A stretch of 64,000 nucleotides of DNA from contig CBFFRP010000073.1 of the NCBI GenBank assembly GCA_965644295.1, forward strand, positions 50,839 through 114,838. Reading direction: 5' to 3'. The notes under the pieces were generated by a model. It was given only the letters and a program-made list of their open reading frames with translations. It did no database searches and had not been told where the DNA came from. Within the stretch, counting starts at the first letter, position 1; every line of letters starts with the position of its first letter. Positions 1-12,434 of this stretch are shown here, piece by piece. The DNA is from Paraphysomonas bandaiensis. Its lineage: Eukaryota; Protista; Chrysophyceae. Both the position numbers and the translations under genes were made by a program.

Positions 1-792
1 CTTTTGATGGCCCCATTAGCCGCCAGATAACGGGCCAATTTTATAGTGGGCCATTCATCCTCCTTCCCCTCAGGCATATCAGCGGCTAGCTCTTCAAATC
101 CAATCAACTTTCCCGTGGCAACACCGTCTTCGAAAAAAACTAGAGTAGGCATGGTACGTATTCTAAGCTTGTCAACGAAAAATGGAGCCTTTTCGGCGTT
201 AATATATATAAACTTCGATTCAATATGACGGGCTGCAAGTTTTTGTAGATGCATATCCATTATTTTGCATCGAGGAAACTCTCTGTGGTAAAAATGGCAA
301 ATGACATGAACGCTTCCCGTCACTTCTGTCAGAAATTCATCCTGTGTTATTTCTCTGTACTGCCCATGACCTTTGCCAATATTTTCTAACTTCTGCAGTT
401 CGGAATTTTTTATCTCTCTCAGGCGCTTTTCACGCAGCATGCGGAGCTCTGCATCCTCATCACCGTGATTATCATCATCGTCATCTTCATTCATAGGTGC
501 TTCTTCATTCTGTTCAGAGGCCGCAGCTGCCGCTTGGGCTCTTCGCCGTTTCTCTTGTGCTATCCGAGCCTGCTCCTTTTTATATGCCTCCCCAGTTGGA
601 CCGTCCACAGAAGTATCATTACCACCTTGTCCCTGGGCATATTTAGCTTTCAAATCATCCACAGCTTTACCCATTCTATTGTTGACCTAATATACCGTAT
701 AAGTGTAGAATTATAGTCATATATAACGTACTCACCTCTTGGGCTACAGCTCCTTGCATTTCGGGTGTCATAGCGGGAGATGATTTCAACAT
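1..792 (-). CDS. Phosducin-like / thioredoxin-domain protein (TXNDC9/PLP1 type); 2 exons (792-736, 686-<1), 3' end outside window
   Basis: Manual translation MLKSSPAMTPEMQGAVAQE|VNNRMG...GHGQYREITQDEFLTEVTGSVHVICHFYHREFPRCKIMDMHLQKLAARHIESKFIYINAEKAPFFVDKLRIRTMPTLVFFEDG; 49-nt GT-AG intron 735-687. Missed by the ORF track. Confidence 0.9.
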
Positions 793-1743
793 CTTATCTT
801 TTTCTGTTACTCTACCTGACAATAATGATCTACGTGTATGTTTAACCACAACTGGAACTGAGCTGCGTGAGTGATATACAGCACCAGTATATATAATGTG
901 TATAAAAAAATTTAAACCAAAAGAAGCCTGTTTTTTTATAGTCGTTTCATCTGTAGTGTAGTATATACTGTGTTGTAGTACAGCAGATAACAGATAGTGT
1001 ACCGGTCTACAGATACGTCAAGTGGTGTAGAGGTACAGATACAGCGCAGTTTCCCACCGCCCCTCATAGTATCGAGACACCATTTATGAGCCATATATGA
1101 GTGCCGTATATACGGGATTAGGGTGACTATTGCGGTGTATCCGTCAGGTGTGACTACTGTCATTGCTACTTTGGGTTCCCAAATTGTCGGCCTGCTACAG
1201 GGAGAAGAGGGAAGAGTGCACTTGATTAGGGTGGAAATTTTCAGATGTTTTCGGAGCAGACTGGTGAAGCTGGTGATTGGTGCCTTTAGAGGATATATAC
1301 CAGTCGGGAATATCTGTAGTAGCGGTGTGGGTGATGTCGTAGTACGTGCCGTGCATCCCTGCGATCAGTAGCCTGCAGCAGGTTGCATCCAGCATAGTTC
1401 GTGAAATAGCAGTAATCAGTGATAAGCTCCGGGTACAGTAGTGATAGGAATATATTTAATGTGAAGAATATTAATACTTGGAATATACCTGGTGAAAATG
1501 AGCAAGTGAGTGACGATATTATGAATTTTGGTGGCATCGAGAACTATACTTTAATCAGTGGTGGCATAGCTCGTCGGTTTCTATATAAAATACATCTATT
1601 AGCAAGAAAATAAATTAACTCACGACTGAACATGGATAGTACTTTTGAATTCAATTATGTCACGAAATCGTGTACGATATAGATATTAAGACTTACTAGC
1701 AATACAAGCAACTTGACATGCATTTCTCGTTGTCACTATAAAT

Positions 1744-2496
1744 CAGGGATAGGGAACAATATATTGCAATACTATTGTTATATAGCGTTCCATCAATAGT
1801 ATTGAAGGATTTTTTAAACCGGTCCTACAATACAATTACAATATATTGTCAATGTATTGCAATATATTAGTATGACTACTCAGTAGGTAAACACATCCGT
1901 AGATTTCATTTTTAGTATTAGTCATTAAGATCACATGACAACCAAACCAACTGTTGCTTATAGCTAATAAAAATCCACCTCGTCCTCATCCTCTGAGCCA
2001 TCATCGGTGAGGTCAACATCACCATATTCATCCACAGAATTAATTGAAATATGCTAGTATCCGGCCATAACTGTCGAATAGCTTTCAGAAATAACAGCAT
2101 ATTAAGTAGGATGGATACTTTTGCGCAACATTGATATAATATGTTTAGCTGTGCTGAACAGACGTTCCCATGTATTGGAAGTACATACCAGGGCCAGGCA
2201 ACCGTTAATGACTCGTGGATCTGTACGTTTCTTAATTTTTTGAGCTGACTGAAGATTTTTAGTCGCATTGTCAACATCAGCTTCATTATCCTTTGTAATG
2301 TTGTAATCAATTTCTCGGTTATATATATCCATTTTGCACCCTACAGCAGTTGAGAATCTTCTCTTATATGACTATCATAATATTGATTGCAATGTATTGC
2401 AATAGTATTGTGAGCTCTTTTAACAGAAACACTATTGATGGAATATTTGACCAGTCCACTAATCAATATATTTTACAATATTGTTCCTTATCCCTG
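1744..2496 (-). mobile_element. Non-autonomous hAT DNA transposon (family hAT-A), internally deleted
   Basis: TIRs CAGGGATA(G/A)GGAACAATAT at 1744 and ending at 2496; perfect 8-bp TSD CTATAAAT on both sides; residual hAT dimerisation motif TSNTWERLFSTAKH...LNMLLFLK (frameshifted). Confidence 0.9.
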
Positions 2497-2889
2497 CTAT
2501 AAATTCAAGAAAGGTAGTTGTAGGTTGCAGTAAAAATTATCAGTACAATGCTATATGATCTGATAGCCTTGCTTGTTGATCAAAGAAGAACATCAGTAGC
2601 ACTATTAAATATTTGTTTAGGTATCGATGAGTATGAACAAAATTTTTCTTGCTTTGCTATAATCGGTACACAGATAAAAGCACATTCGTACTATACAACT
2701 AACGAACAACAGTCCTGCTTAGCATTATGAAACATACAACTGCATAAACATCGTTAATTGAAAATACCGTTCCCAGGAAAGTATAAAAGATATGCCCATA
2801 GTCATGCACTTCATTTTACATGACTACGAGAGTAAAAAGTAATGTCAATATAGTATTTACAATGTACACATTAGGTAGCATATATATCT

Positions 2890-4189
2890 CTATATCCTGT
2901 TCCGACCATAAGAGTGATTTCTCTTTAATCCAGATGCAAGCTGCGGCCTCGCAATGCTAGGTAGAGCTATACTACTCCGCAAGGTAGACCTGCTAAATGT
3001 TTTGTTCATCGAGGTACGGGTCGATGCTGCGGGGTGGAGCTCATTTCCTTCAAGTTTAAATGATTCGTTTTTCCGGAGTACATACTTTGCCGGAGATATA
3101 TCTCCCACTTGTGACTGTTGGTGATGATGGCGCAACATACGCTGATTAGTGTCTATCGGGGATAGAGACAGACCTGAAGGTGGGCAAATCGTGTAATCTA
3201 CTTCATTTTCATTCTAAATTAAAATGAGTACATATAGGGATTTCGGTGTTTCCAGTACCTGAGAAAATGAGGACGATGGAGTGGAGAAAGTTGACAATGA
3301 CGAAGACGACGAGCAGCTAATACTCTGTGGGTCGAAATCCAAAGTTCGCAGTAGGGATGTGGGCAGAGCATCCTCCAGGGGTACCAGTAATGGAGGACGC
3401 CTAGCCGGAGGGTTCTCCTCTTGATCTTGTGCTTCATGTTCTGACAGATCCTTTGAACCACTACTAGAGAGAGAGATACACTGAGGGTTTCTGATGACCT
3501 GATGCAGATACATAACCGTCTGCTTAGATTTCTGCATATGCTGATCGTGTAGCACCACCAATGTATCTAGGTTCTTTCTTTTTCGGCCCTTCACATAGTT
3601 TACAACTCCAGCTGACCTACGATAGCGATTATATATTACTTTCAATCGCAAACACACACCTTCTACTACGATGCCTGCTCAGTTCATGCGCTTCCCAAGC
3701 TCTATCTATCTCAAACGATCTGAAGGCGGCATTATTTACTACGTGCTGCATCAAGACCCCTCGCCGCTGCTGCGTCAATACTGTTTCAGTGGATAATACG
3801 CTGCCACTGTCAACAAGAGCATCAAGTTTATGCAATTGGAGTTTACGAGATGATAAGTTCTGCGCAATGGCCACAAGGAACTCGTCGAATGTTATTTCAC
3901 CAGAGTTGTCAATATCTGCCCCATTAAACATATTTTTAACTTCACTTTTGTTTTTCATAATGCCGGATGAGAGAACCACATTGGCTAGCTCATCAATACT
4001 AACCGTTCCGCCTTTGTCGGCATCCATTGCGTCAAACCACTTGCGGTACTTCATGAGCTGATCATCTGTAAAGGTTCGCTTCTGCTCCTTTACATACAGC
4101 CGTTGAGCCAGTGCCTCTTCGCGAGACATGTTAACGGCAGATAGAGACGGCATACGCTCAAGCGGGTTGCGTTTGATCTGCGGGGTCAT
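2890..4189 (-). CDS. EF-hand calcium-binding protein with low-complexity C-terminus, about 3 exons
   Basis: Two EF-hands DADKGGTVSIDE and DIDNSGEITFDE; ORFs 3629-4189, 3214-3657 and 2890-3138 join via short GT-AG introns. Confidence 0.8.
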
Positions 4190-4902
4190 GGAGGCAAAGG
4201 GGTCGAGTATAAGAAGTGTAGAGGTATCTAGATGTGGAATTATCTATCGAATAGAGGCAATCTACTCGTAGCCAGTTGATGCACTAATTGCTCCCACTCC
4301 CACTTATTTACATCCCTGTTATATCTAAAGATACATGTGTATGGTATGTCGATATATCACTAATCAGAGCTACAATTAATATATATAAGTACTCTATATA
4401 CCAATTGCGCATATAGAATAACAGATATAAAGTGTGGACAATAACATACATACCATACATACGTGTGATATGGTATCATACTTACGAAGTCGCATCCACA
4501 CTACGACTGCGTATATTCAACTCATGCGCACCCAATAAGTGAAACACGTCCCAAATTACCAACTTACTTCAAACAGAAATATGAGATCCAATGATATGAC
4601 GTGATTATAAGTAATCAACTAATGATTGGATATTCGATTTATTTGACCATTCATACCGATTAGTTTACCATTGCGGGGGTATGATTGGACATTACCAATA
4701 ATCTCCCCAATATGGGACGCGTCGAGAACAAATGTGGTGATTTTCATGGCGGTGGCTTCTTCTGCCGTATTATATACAGTATATATATAGCAGTGTGTAC
4801 CTGTCGCTCTGTATATTTAACACCACAGGAGATCAAACCATTTAGTCCACCACTTACAATTTAAGTTATCAAGTTTCCCTTTGAAGGAATAACCTATTCG
4901 TC

Positions 4903-5250
4903 ATGTTGAGAATGATGGAAAGTGGATCCCATGTTACCCGTATCAACTCTGTTCGACGAGTATACAGGGTGCCCCGCGTATCGCTTTGTTCCACTCCGGA
5001 CCCTAATGTACACCCCCATGCACATTCAATAGTTCGCCAGGCTATACGTAACAAAAATCCGGCACTTTACGGTAATAAAAAGGTCTTGACAAATCAAGAA
5101 AAGTTAAGGATAGCTGCTGTGGATATTGTCTCACCCGCTGAAGCAGAAGCAGACAGGAAAGAGATATTAGCTCACAAGGTATACGGTATGGTAGGTTTAT
5201 TTTGTTCACTTGTTGGATTGGGATTGGGGATAAATATATTTTTAAGTTAG
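4903..5250 (+). CDS. Small hypothetical protein, possible mitochondrial presequence and C-terminal TM helix
   Basis: 115-aa ATG ORF; Arg/Ser-rich N-terminus; hydrophobic tail VYGMVGLFCSLVGLGLGINIFLS. Confidence 0.55.
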   Translation: MLRMMESGSHVTRINSVRRVYRVPRVSLCSTPDPNVHPHAHSIVRQAIRNKNPALYGNKKVLTNQEKLRIAAVDIVSPAEAEADRKEILAHKVYGMVGLFCSLVGLGLGINIFLS

Positions 5251-5760
5251 ATGGTTTGAGTGCAATGATGGAAAAGTCTCTTGTTCTATTAGCAGAACTG
5301 CAAATGCATGCATGTGGTGTAAATAATCACTAAAATTTAACAACTAAAAGTCATCTTAATATTTCTCTGTATACTATTGAGAATTCGTTGCAGTTGGACT
5401 TTTCCCATGGTTTATTCAGGATTTAGAACCGCTCATAGTAGTGAAAGTGCATCAACGAATAGGAGTAACTAGTTCATATCATTACCGGATAAAAAGTTGA
5501 TTATGATTATTGACTTTTAATTCTATTTGGCACTATCAGAAACTTTAAAATCAACTGCAATAATAACTATATAAGTATACGATACCACTTTGTGGACGTG
5601 TTTCAAAGGTCACAATAAATAGTTTCAAGAGTACACGCATATAGCGTTGTTGAAATTATTTTACGACGTAATATAGTACAAGATACATAGCTCACTGATT
5701 TCAGCAATGAACTTACATATGAACACATTGCGTTCTTTCGATACCAATAGACTGTTTGCT

Positions 5761-7435
5761 CTAATAGTCACCGTCATCTCCAGTATCCCACGGTTCTGCA
5801 TCAACCACAGCACTAACTGCCAGCGGGATGACCAGTTCATTGTATTTTCTAATTGTCATACGATGAATCCCAAGTCTTCCGGAGGACTCTGATGTACCCA
5901 TTTCGTCTTGTACGAGACTATGTTTCTCCATGCTCAATAGAGTTCCAACGCTACTCCTTACAGAGCTCATGACAGATGAAACTTTTGGATGTGGACTCAA
6001 TGTTTCTTCTATTTCATCTGAACACAAGCATATATTTACAGTACTCACACATTGAATACGCAATACTACCTTCAAATAAGCTAGTGTCCACCACTGCATC
6101 ATACATCTCCTCGGTTATTTCAGGGGGCATCGAGTTCGCCCGATCGTTTTCAGTTAAGTAATGGAACAGCTCATCCCCAGGAGTAATTGGAGTGGCGTTT
6201 TTCTCCTGTCTTGTTAAATCAACCTCGTCAAATGATCCATAGCCTCTCAGCATTCGCTGGCGAGCAAGCATGGGCTTGTCAATATTCCCTGTAGAGCCAG
6301 TGTCTATCTGGCTAAAGAGCATTTTAATGTTATTCAGATCGTCAAGAGTGATTCTCTGCAGTCGCAACAGCTCTAAAATGGTGAACTCTCCCAAACTTAT
6401 GAGCTCGTCGTCGCCATAGAGGTTGGCGGCATAGTTATACTCTTTCTCGGTTAGTGGAGTAGAGAGAACAGACATTTCATGTTCTCTAACTGTCCGCTCG
6501 ACCATAAGGCTTGCGAATTGACCCAAAAGTACTGTGAAAAGAGGGTATCCGATGATGACGTATATAAGTAACGCTATCTCTCGCATAATGCCAATATCGC
6601 ACGTAGAATCTGTTCCACCCTCACAATCGGGCCCTGCATCGATTGCACAACAATTACGAGTACAAGTTGAAATTTTGGAGAAAGAGTGTTAAATACCTAC
6701 GAAGCATGCCCCTGCGATGGTGCTGAGCGCAAAGAAAAGGGCAGATCCCGCACTCTTTCCCTCTACAAATATGCAATATACGGTACCCACTAGCATCCAC
6801 ACGACAACCGCAGCGAAGATTTTGTACTTGGTCTTGTGGTCTTCCCAATGTATGGCATGTGCCAGTCTTTCACTCCAAAAGTACCAGTAGTCCCAGAAAC
6901 CTACATACCCATCACCGTCTATATCCACTGGGGTGTCGGGGTATTCCATGAGCTTCCGACGCTCCTCTGCCGCAATCTCTGGGGCTCTTGACACCAGCAC
7001 TCCCACATATATCCCAATCATACCTGGTATCACACAACGGTCAAACAGCAGTTTACATTATAGACATGTAAAAAACAGACCGGCCAAGAAGAATGCACCG
7101 TATATGTAATAGAGGACCGTAAATACATCCGCAAAGTCGGTGGTATTTGCTGGAACCATAAACAACATGCCCAAAAGAGTGTTCACCGCGTAGAACACAG
7201 ATGTAGAAATTCGCCAGTGGTTGGTAACCTTATAAAATACTGTTCCAACCATAATAGACGCTATAATCAATACGCATCCTTTGTGGTTCGATACCCATTC
7301 CTTTGCTACACTGCAAAACTTCGCAATGCGGGAAATGAGACCACCCGGCCACACGTTGGTTGTGCCCTGGGGATGGACGTTAGTTTCAATGGGCCTGTAG
7401 GACTTTAGCTCAATATCTCGAATATTGGAATCCAT
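5761..7435 (-). CDS. Two-pore-domain (TPK/K2P-like) ion channel with EF-hand motifs, about 4 exons, non-canonical filters
   Basis: Two TM-pore helix-TM repeats (WRISTSVFYAVNTLLGMLF; SAGSALFFALSTIAGACF) and EF-hand-like loops DIDGDGYVGFWD, DDELISLGEF, DTGSTGNIDK; ORFs join across GT-AG introns. Confidence 0.7.
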
Positions 7436-7945
7436 ATTCAGATTGTAATCATTGACCAAAACTCAAGCACGTGTCATCTGTCATAATGTATTCTCTTATC
7501 ATATGAATGTACCACACGCCTATGCATGCAATGCAGAGACCCTCTCAGGCCGTCTTGCACTCTAAACATATCATAGGGCGGTGTTATGTCCCTATTCCTG
7601 CTTTACACTGGACATACAGGTCATTAGTGGGGTGTTGCGGTGTAGTTATATGCATATAAGTTGCATATGATTTGTTGTGTAGACAAACTGGCAGCAGTTC
7701 ACATACATATGTTCTGCTGGATGTACGATATACAGCAGTATACACCATGCACGTATACTTCGATATACAGTACTCAGTATACAGATACAGCAGTATATGG
7801 TATACAGCCATAGTATACAGACATGTACTCCTTGATATACTCTGTCGGTGTACTCTTCCACATATGGCACTTGGAACTGCCCATGGATTGCTTCGACTAA
7901 CAACTGAAGGCCAGGTCTGCACACGGTGTATTGTTCTGGTGTAGA

Positions 7946-9735
7946 ATGAGAATAGGGTGGATATATGTCGCATGCTGTTGCATGCAGGTGATATCACTGC
8001 TAGAGGCATTAATAGTAGAGAATATATGCCCGATAAGAAGCCCCGCCACTGGCACCATTACATTTCTGGAGGAAATACGTCAAGACTTGACCGATGTGCA
8101 TTGGTCAATACAAGAAGGAGAACCCATGGCGTGGGATGTGGCAGTGCCCTCCTCTTCCTTGTCTTCCTGTCCTCATCCTGCTACACTGGGGCTACAAGAG
8201 TTCTCTGACTTCGGACCTCATCCTACAAGTTGGCATAAGAGTAAATATATTAGGTGTTCTGGTCATACTGATGTAACAAACCATGCACACTTTGCGTTTC
8301 TTGACACCTACGGAGCAAGACTCGTAGATAATGTGTTGGAAGTTGTAGTAGCAGATCCTGGTTTTCAAGTCAAGAGTGGGAGCACCACTTCTACACTTTC
8401 AATGTATTACGAAGCCAGCAGTTACGGCCTTGGACTGAACGATAGTGCTGGCCTTGCGCCCCCACTACATGTTAAGGCGGTATCCCCCTCAGAGATGCGA
8501 AATGTGGTTAGACGTGAGGAGCACTCCGGTGGCTGCTATTGTGATATATTACTTCCTGAGAGGGTATATATGGCCCTTGGACTTATATACTACCCACAGT
8601 ATGGACATACCATATTCAATGGTCTCTCTAATCTAATGGCGACAATGTGGCGAAAGCAATTGAGAGCAGGATCTGGTGCTGGTGTTGGAGAAAATGTGGT
8701 ATTTTCTCCATACCTTCGCCGTAATACGACATCATCGGCTGAAGACGTACCACACACACAGTATATGATTCAATGGCATGACATGTATGACGAGCTGTTT
8801 GGAGCACTCGTTGATGAAATTGTACCATGGGAACGAATTTTAGACGCATCGATGAAGGGTGTGAAGGTGTGTTTCAACAGGTTGCTAGTTGGCGCCCTTC
8901 CGCATATGGACCACCTGAATGTCACAGTTCCTGATCATATGTGGGACAGGTTCAGTCGATGGCTAATATCATTTCTCTTCAAAAACGAGATCACTGGTTA
9001 CCGTGGAAAGGAATTCAATCCCCGCATAGAGACTATCTCACAAGAACAATTGATGAAATTTAACCCTTTTCAGCCACATAGTAGAGGCAAAAGTGATTGT
9101 AGCGTGACTTTTGTTGTGCGACGGATTAGATCGAATAGTGAGGAGGCTATCTTTGAACGCGAATCCAGAGACATAGCTAACCTTGCTGCACTGGTGACAG
9201 AGGCTGAAGATATGGGGTGCTCGGTACAGACTTTATTGCTACAGCACATGAACATGAAAGATCAGGTGCATATCCATAGCCTGGACTTTTTTACTCTCTC
9301 TTATCTTAATACCGATTTAATGTTAAAATCCAGGTAGCCCAGGTACGCTGGAACACCACACTACTTGTTGGGGCAGATGGAACCGGTCTCCTTAATGCTG
9401 TGCACATGAATGAATGCAGCACTGTGTTGCGAGTAGAGATGTGGCGCAAGCCCGGGATTGTGGCCCGGTTGGGTCCTGCGAGATGGGTTGACTATCGACC
9501 TACACTGAGCGAGACTGTTTGGTTCAACTCCTCTCACCCAATAGCTCAGTATCTCAACTCAGTTCATCCGATGGAGAGACTTGAAACAATGTCTTTGGGA
9601 GAGTCCCCTTTTCCTGACCACGAGGTAGAGTACTTTTTGAGAGAATATCAGGCTACAACTGTAAATGTAACTGAGTTTAGAAGTGTAGTTGACTCTAGCA
9701 TTAAGTATCATAGGGCATGTTCTGTACCCATGTAA
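7946..9735 (+). CDS. Glycosyltransferase family 61-like protein, 2 exons
   Basis: N-terminal signal/anchor; YGHTIFNGL; RDIANLAAL; spliced MKDQ|VAQVRWNTTLLVGADGTGLLNAVHM resembles the GT61 GxHGAGLTN motif; intron about 9266-9333. Confidence 0.75.
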
Positions 9736-9929
9736 TACCTTTTTTATTGTAATTAAGCTAGTGTATAGTTGTTACTCATTTGGCGATAAAATTTATAACT
9801 GGATATGTTGATTCACGGTGTCAACCACTAGGTTATGATATATTGCAAATTGCAATGGTGTTGTAAGGTTGTGTCTATAATAATATTGCGATAATTTTTT
9901 AACCGGCCCAACAAACTACTGGAAAGTAT

Positions 9930-10400
9930 AATTAATCAGCAACTAAAGCAATGTGTGTATACCATATTGAGTTCAAGTCGTCAACTCACAACATTACCTG
10001 CTGCTTATGAGATTTTTAGACTGCCACCAGGACACTGTTTTAAACTGAAGGAAAGCTTCTATGATCTTCGAAGCTCAGTACAGTCATGGTATAAAGTTGA
10101 TAAGTTTATTAAGTCCTTACATTTTATATCATGTATACTTAACCCATGTTTAAAGGATCAGAGGTGAACTAGTTCTGTTAATTATATTTGTACATGATAT
10201 GCTTAAATTATAATTTCGGAAATTAAGCGACGAGTGTGTTCAATACTACAGCTATGAATGAGATTGGCCAGTTTTTGAACGTGAGAGTTATATTCTAACT
10301 ACAAATTGTCTCACACTTGACCAGACAGTGTACATCAAAGAGATACTGGCGAAGTGAATGTGGAGTTTCTGGGTCTGCAGACTGATAACGAGTGGTTTGA
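9930..10400 (+). pseudogene. Decayed Ty1/Copia reverse transcriptase fragment
   Basis: LPPGHCFKLKESFYDLRSSVQSWYKVDKFIKSLHFISCILNPC resembles the Copia RT signature (L.KSLYGL.Q....W......DPC). Confidence 0.65.
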
Positions 10401-10521
10401 TGACTATTGTCATTTGCTAATTCAGTAGTTGCACTGATTACTCGTGTTTAGTACAAATATTAATTAACAAACGTTTGGTATGCAGTAGTTACTATACACC
10501 ATAATATTATTTTGTATTATT

Positions 10522-11581
10522 GGGATCTATTATTGAACCTATATAGTCAATTTAGTGTAATTTCTTAGTCACACCAAAATTAGTGTAAAAACCTAGTCAA
10601 GCGGTTGAAAACCAACTAGTCATTTGATAATTCATATTTTCAGTTTACAACGGCTAGAGGTTGACTATAGGGTGTCTAGGTTGACTAGGTGCTTATACGG
10701 TATTCACCTACTAGTCAAAGTAAAATATTTTATTCAAACATGAGAGCATACTCTAGCCATTAATTTATGAATGCAGATATTGTATACATGCAATACATCA
10801 CATTTCAACGTCGCATTCCAATGAGCATTGGTCAGTTATCGTGGTCATGTCCAGTGCAGTTCCACAGCTTCCTAAAAAGGCCATGACACCGGCAAGTTCA
10901 CAGTTGATGAGGGTCCTCGCTGCGTTTTGAGGCTTGATGGAGATCGGCATGTGCTTCACATCAATATCCCCTGAGGACATAATAATTAATATAATATTAT
11001 GTAGAGAGCTATAAATATATTTTACATATCTTCCTTTTTTCTTCCTTGGTCTAAAAACAGGGGGATTTATGCTGTCATGGAAGCCTAAACAGTCATGGAA
11101 GTCATTCAATGGAGGGAGTAAAGGAAGATGAGCGTTAGTACTCATAGGATATATGAAGATCTCGAGATGTCCTGTAGATCATAGAGTGAGTTATGTCCAC
11201 AGCTTCATGGACCCCTCTTCCCCATAACACTCACAGGGGACTCATCACTATATATATATTCTATAAGCTATAGATAAGCTCGATAGTCATACACGAATAC
11301 CTGTGTTATAAGTAGATAATATTATGAAAATATAAGGGCTTATTGTTATGTTTGAATGTTTGTTTTGAAGCTCTGTAAAAGCCACTAATATATTGTGTAG
11401 TGTGAGATGGTATCTTTTAGACAGTCACAGTGTGTAATCAATGGATATAAGAATGACTAGTTAAATACCAATATTGACTAGCAGGCTGAGTCATTTATTA
11501 CTTTGATTATATAGGGTTATTCCACCAAAAAGAGAATAACTAGGTTTTTTAACAAAATTTACAAGGTGGAATAATATTTCC
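10522..11581. mobile_element. Non-autonomous TIR element (family M, possibly MULE-like)
   Basis: Degenerate TIR GGGATCTATTATTGAACC / GGTGGAATAATATTTCC with subterminal TTGACTAG repeats; homologous to 35208-36205 plus 36427-36521. TSD not recognisable here. Confidence 0.65.
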
Positions 11582-12154
11582 TTTTTTTAGCATATTGCAT
11601 ATTGTATTTTGTTGTTAATTAAGTTAGATTAACAATATTAATATTGGTGTTTTGTTGTAAACAATAATACATTCAATATGTTGTTCCTTACCCTTGGTAT
11701 CAGTTAGTGTATATATAGTTACAGTGTGCAATATTAGTAGATATATCGTACAGTTGCAACATATGTAATATATTGACTAAAAGTGTTGATTGACAGAAAC
11801 ATAAGGACAGCTAGCTACAGTTCAATATTCAAGACGTCATCATTACTTCTGTGTTAGAAATTGCTCGTTCTTAACTAGATCTCAGACAGAATTTGTCGTT
11901 AGACTAGATAGATTAATTGATATCGTTTACATATAATGTGACAAACAACACAATCTCATTTCGTTCCGCGCATAATATCCTACATATGCGAACCTCTCGT
12001 TACTAAACATATCTTGAGGGATCAAACTATTTTAGTTCCTCAATATCATCACAGCATTTGTACATCACTACATTTCACTGTATTCTCGTACATTGTCTTT
12101 AAGTGACATACTGAATACACTAGTATAAAATCCATATTCTAATAATCTGCGATT

Positions 12155-12325
12155 TCTATATATAAAAGTGATACATTGCTACAACACTCCTGAAGTTAAC
12201 AAATGTCAGGTATATTAACATTCTGCTTGCTCACTGCGTTTGCTTTGAGTGATAGAGAGCGAAGGTAGTTGCACCTTAGCGATGAAGCACATGCAGCTTT
12301 CGTAGCGCTAAATAGGAGGATATCA
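12155..12325 (+). repeat. Helitron-like (family H) fragment with degenerate T-hairpin core
   Basis: Starts TCTATATATAAAAG; homologous to 29700-29780 (reverse) and 22431-22520 (reverse). Confidence 0.55.
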
Positions 12326-12434
12326 GAGTGAAGCACTAGATAGCTAAATTGTTTTGCTTCACCACACAAAATCTTAAAGCGAACATGTGATCGCTAAGCT
12401 GTTATGTTGATTTTTGTACATTTAATTTATCGTG

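Noticed and set aside
936-1613. Short overlapping ORFs upstream of the phosducin-like gene
   Set aside because: No domain or splice support.
7584-8009. Tyr/Cys/Val-rich ORFs in intergenic TA/CA-rich DNA (also 50009-50505, 43316-43615)
   Set aside because: Low-complexity promoter/intergenic sequence producing spurious frames.
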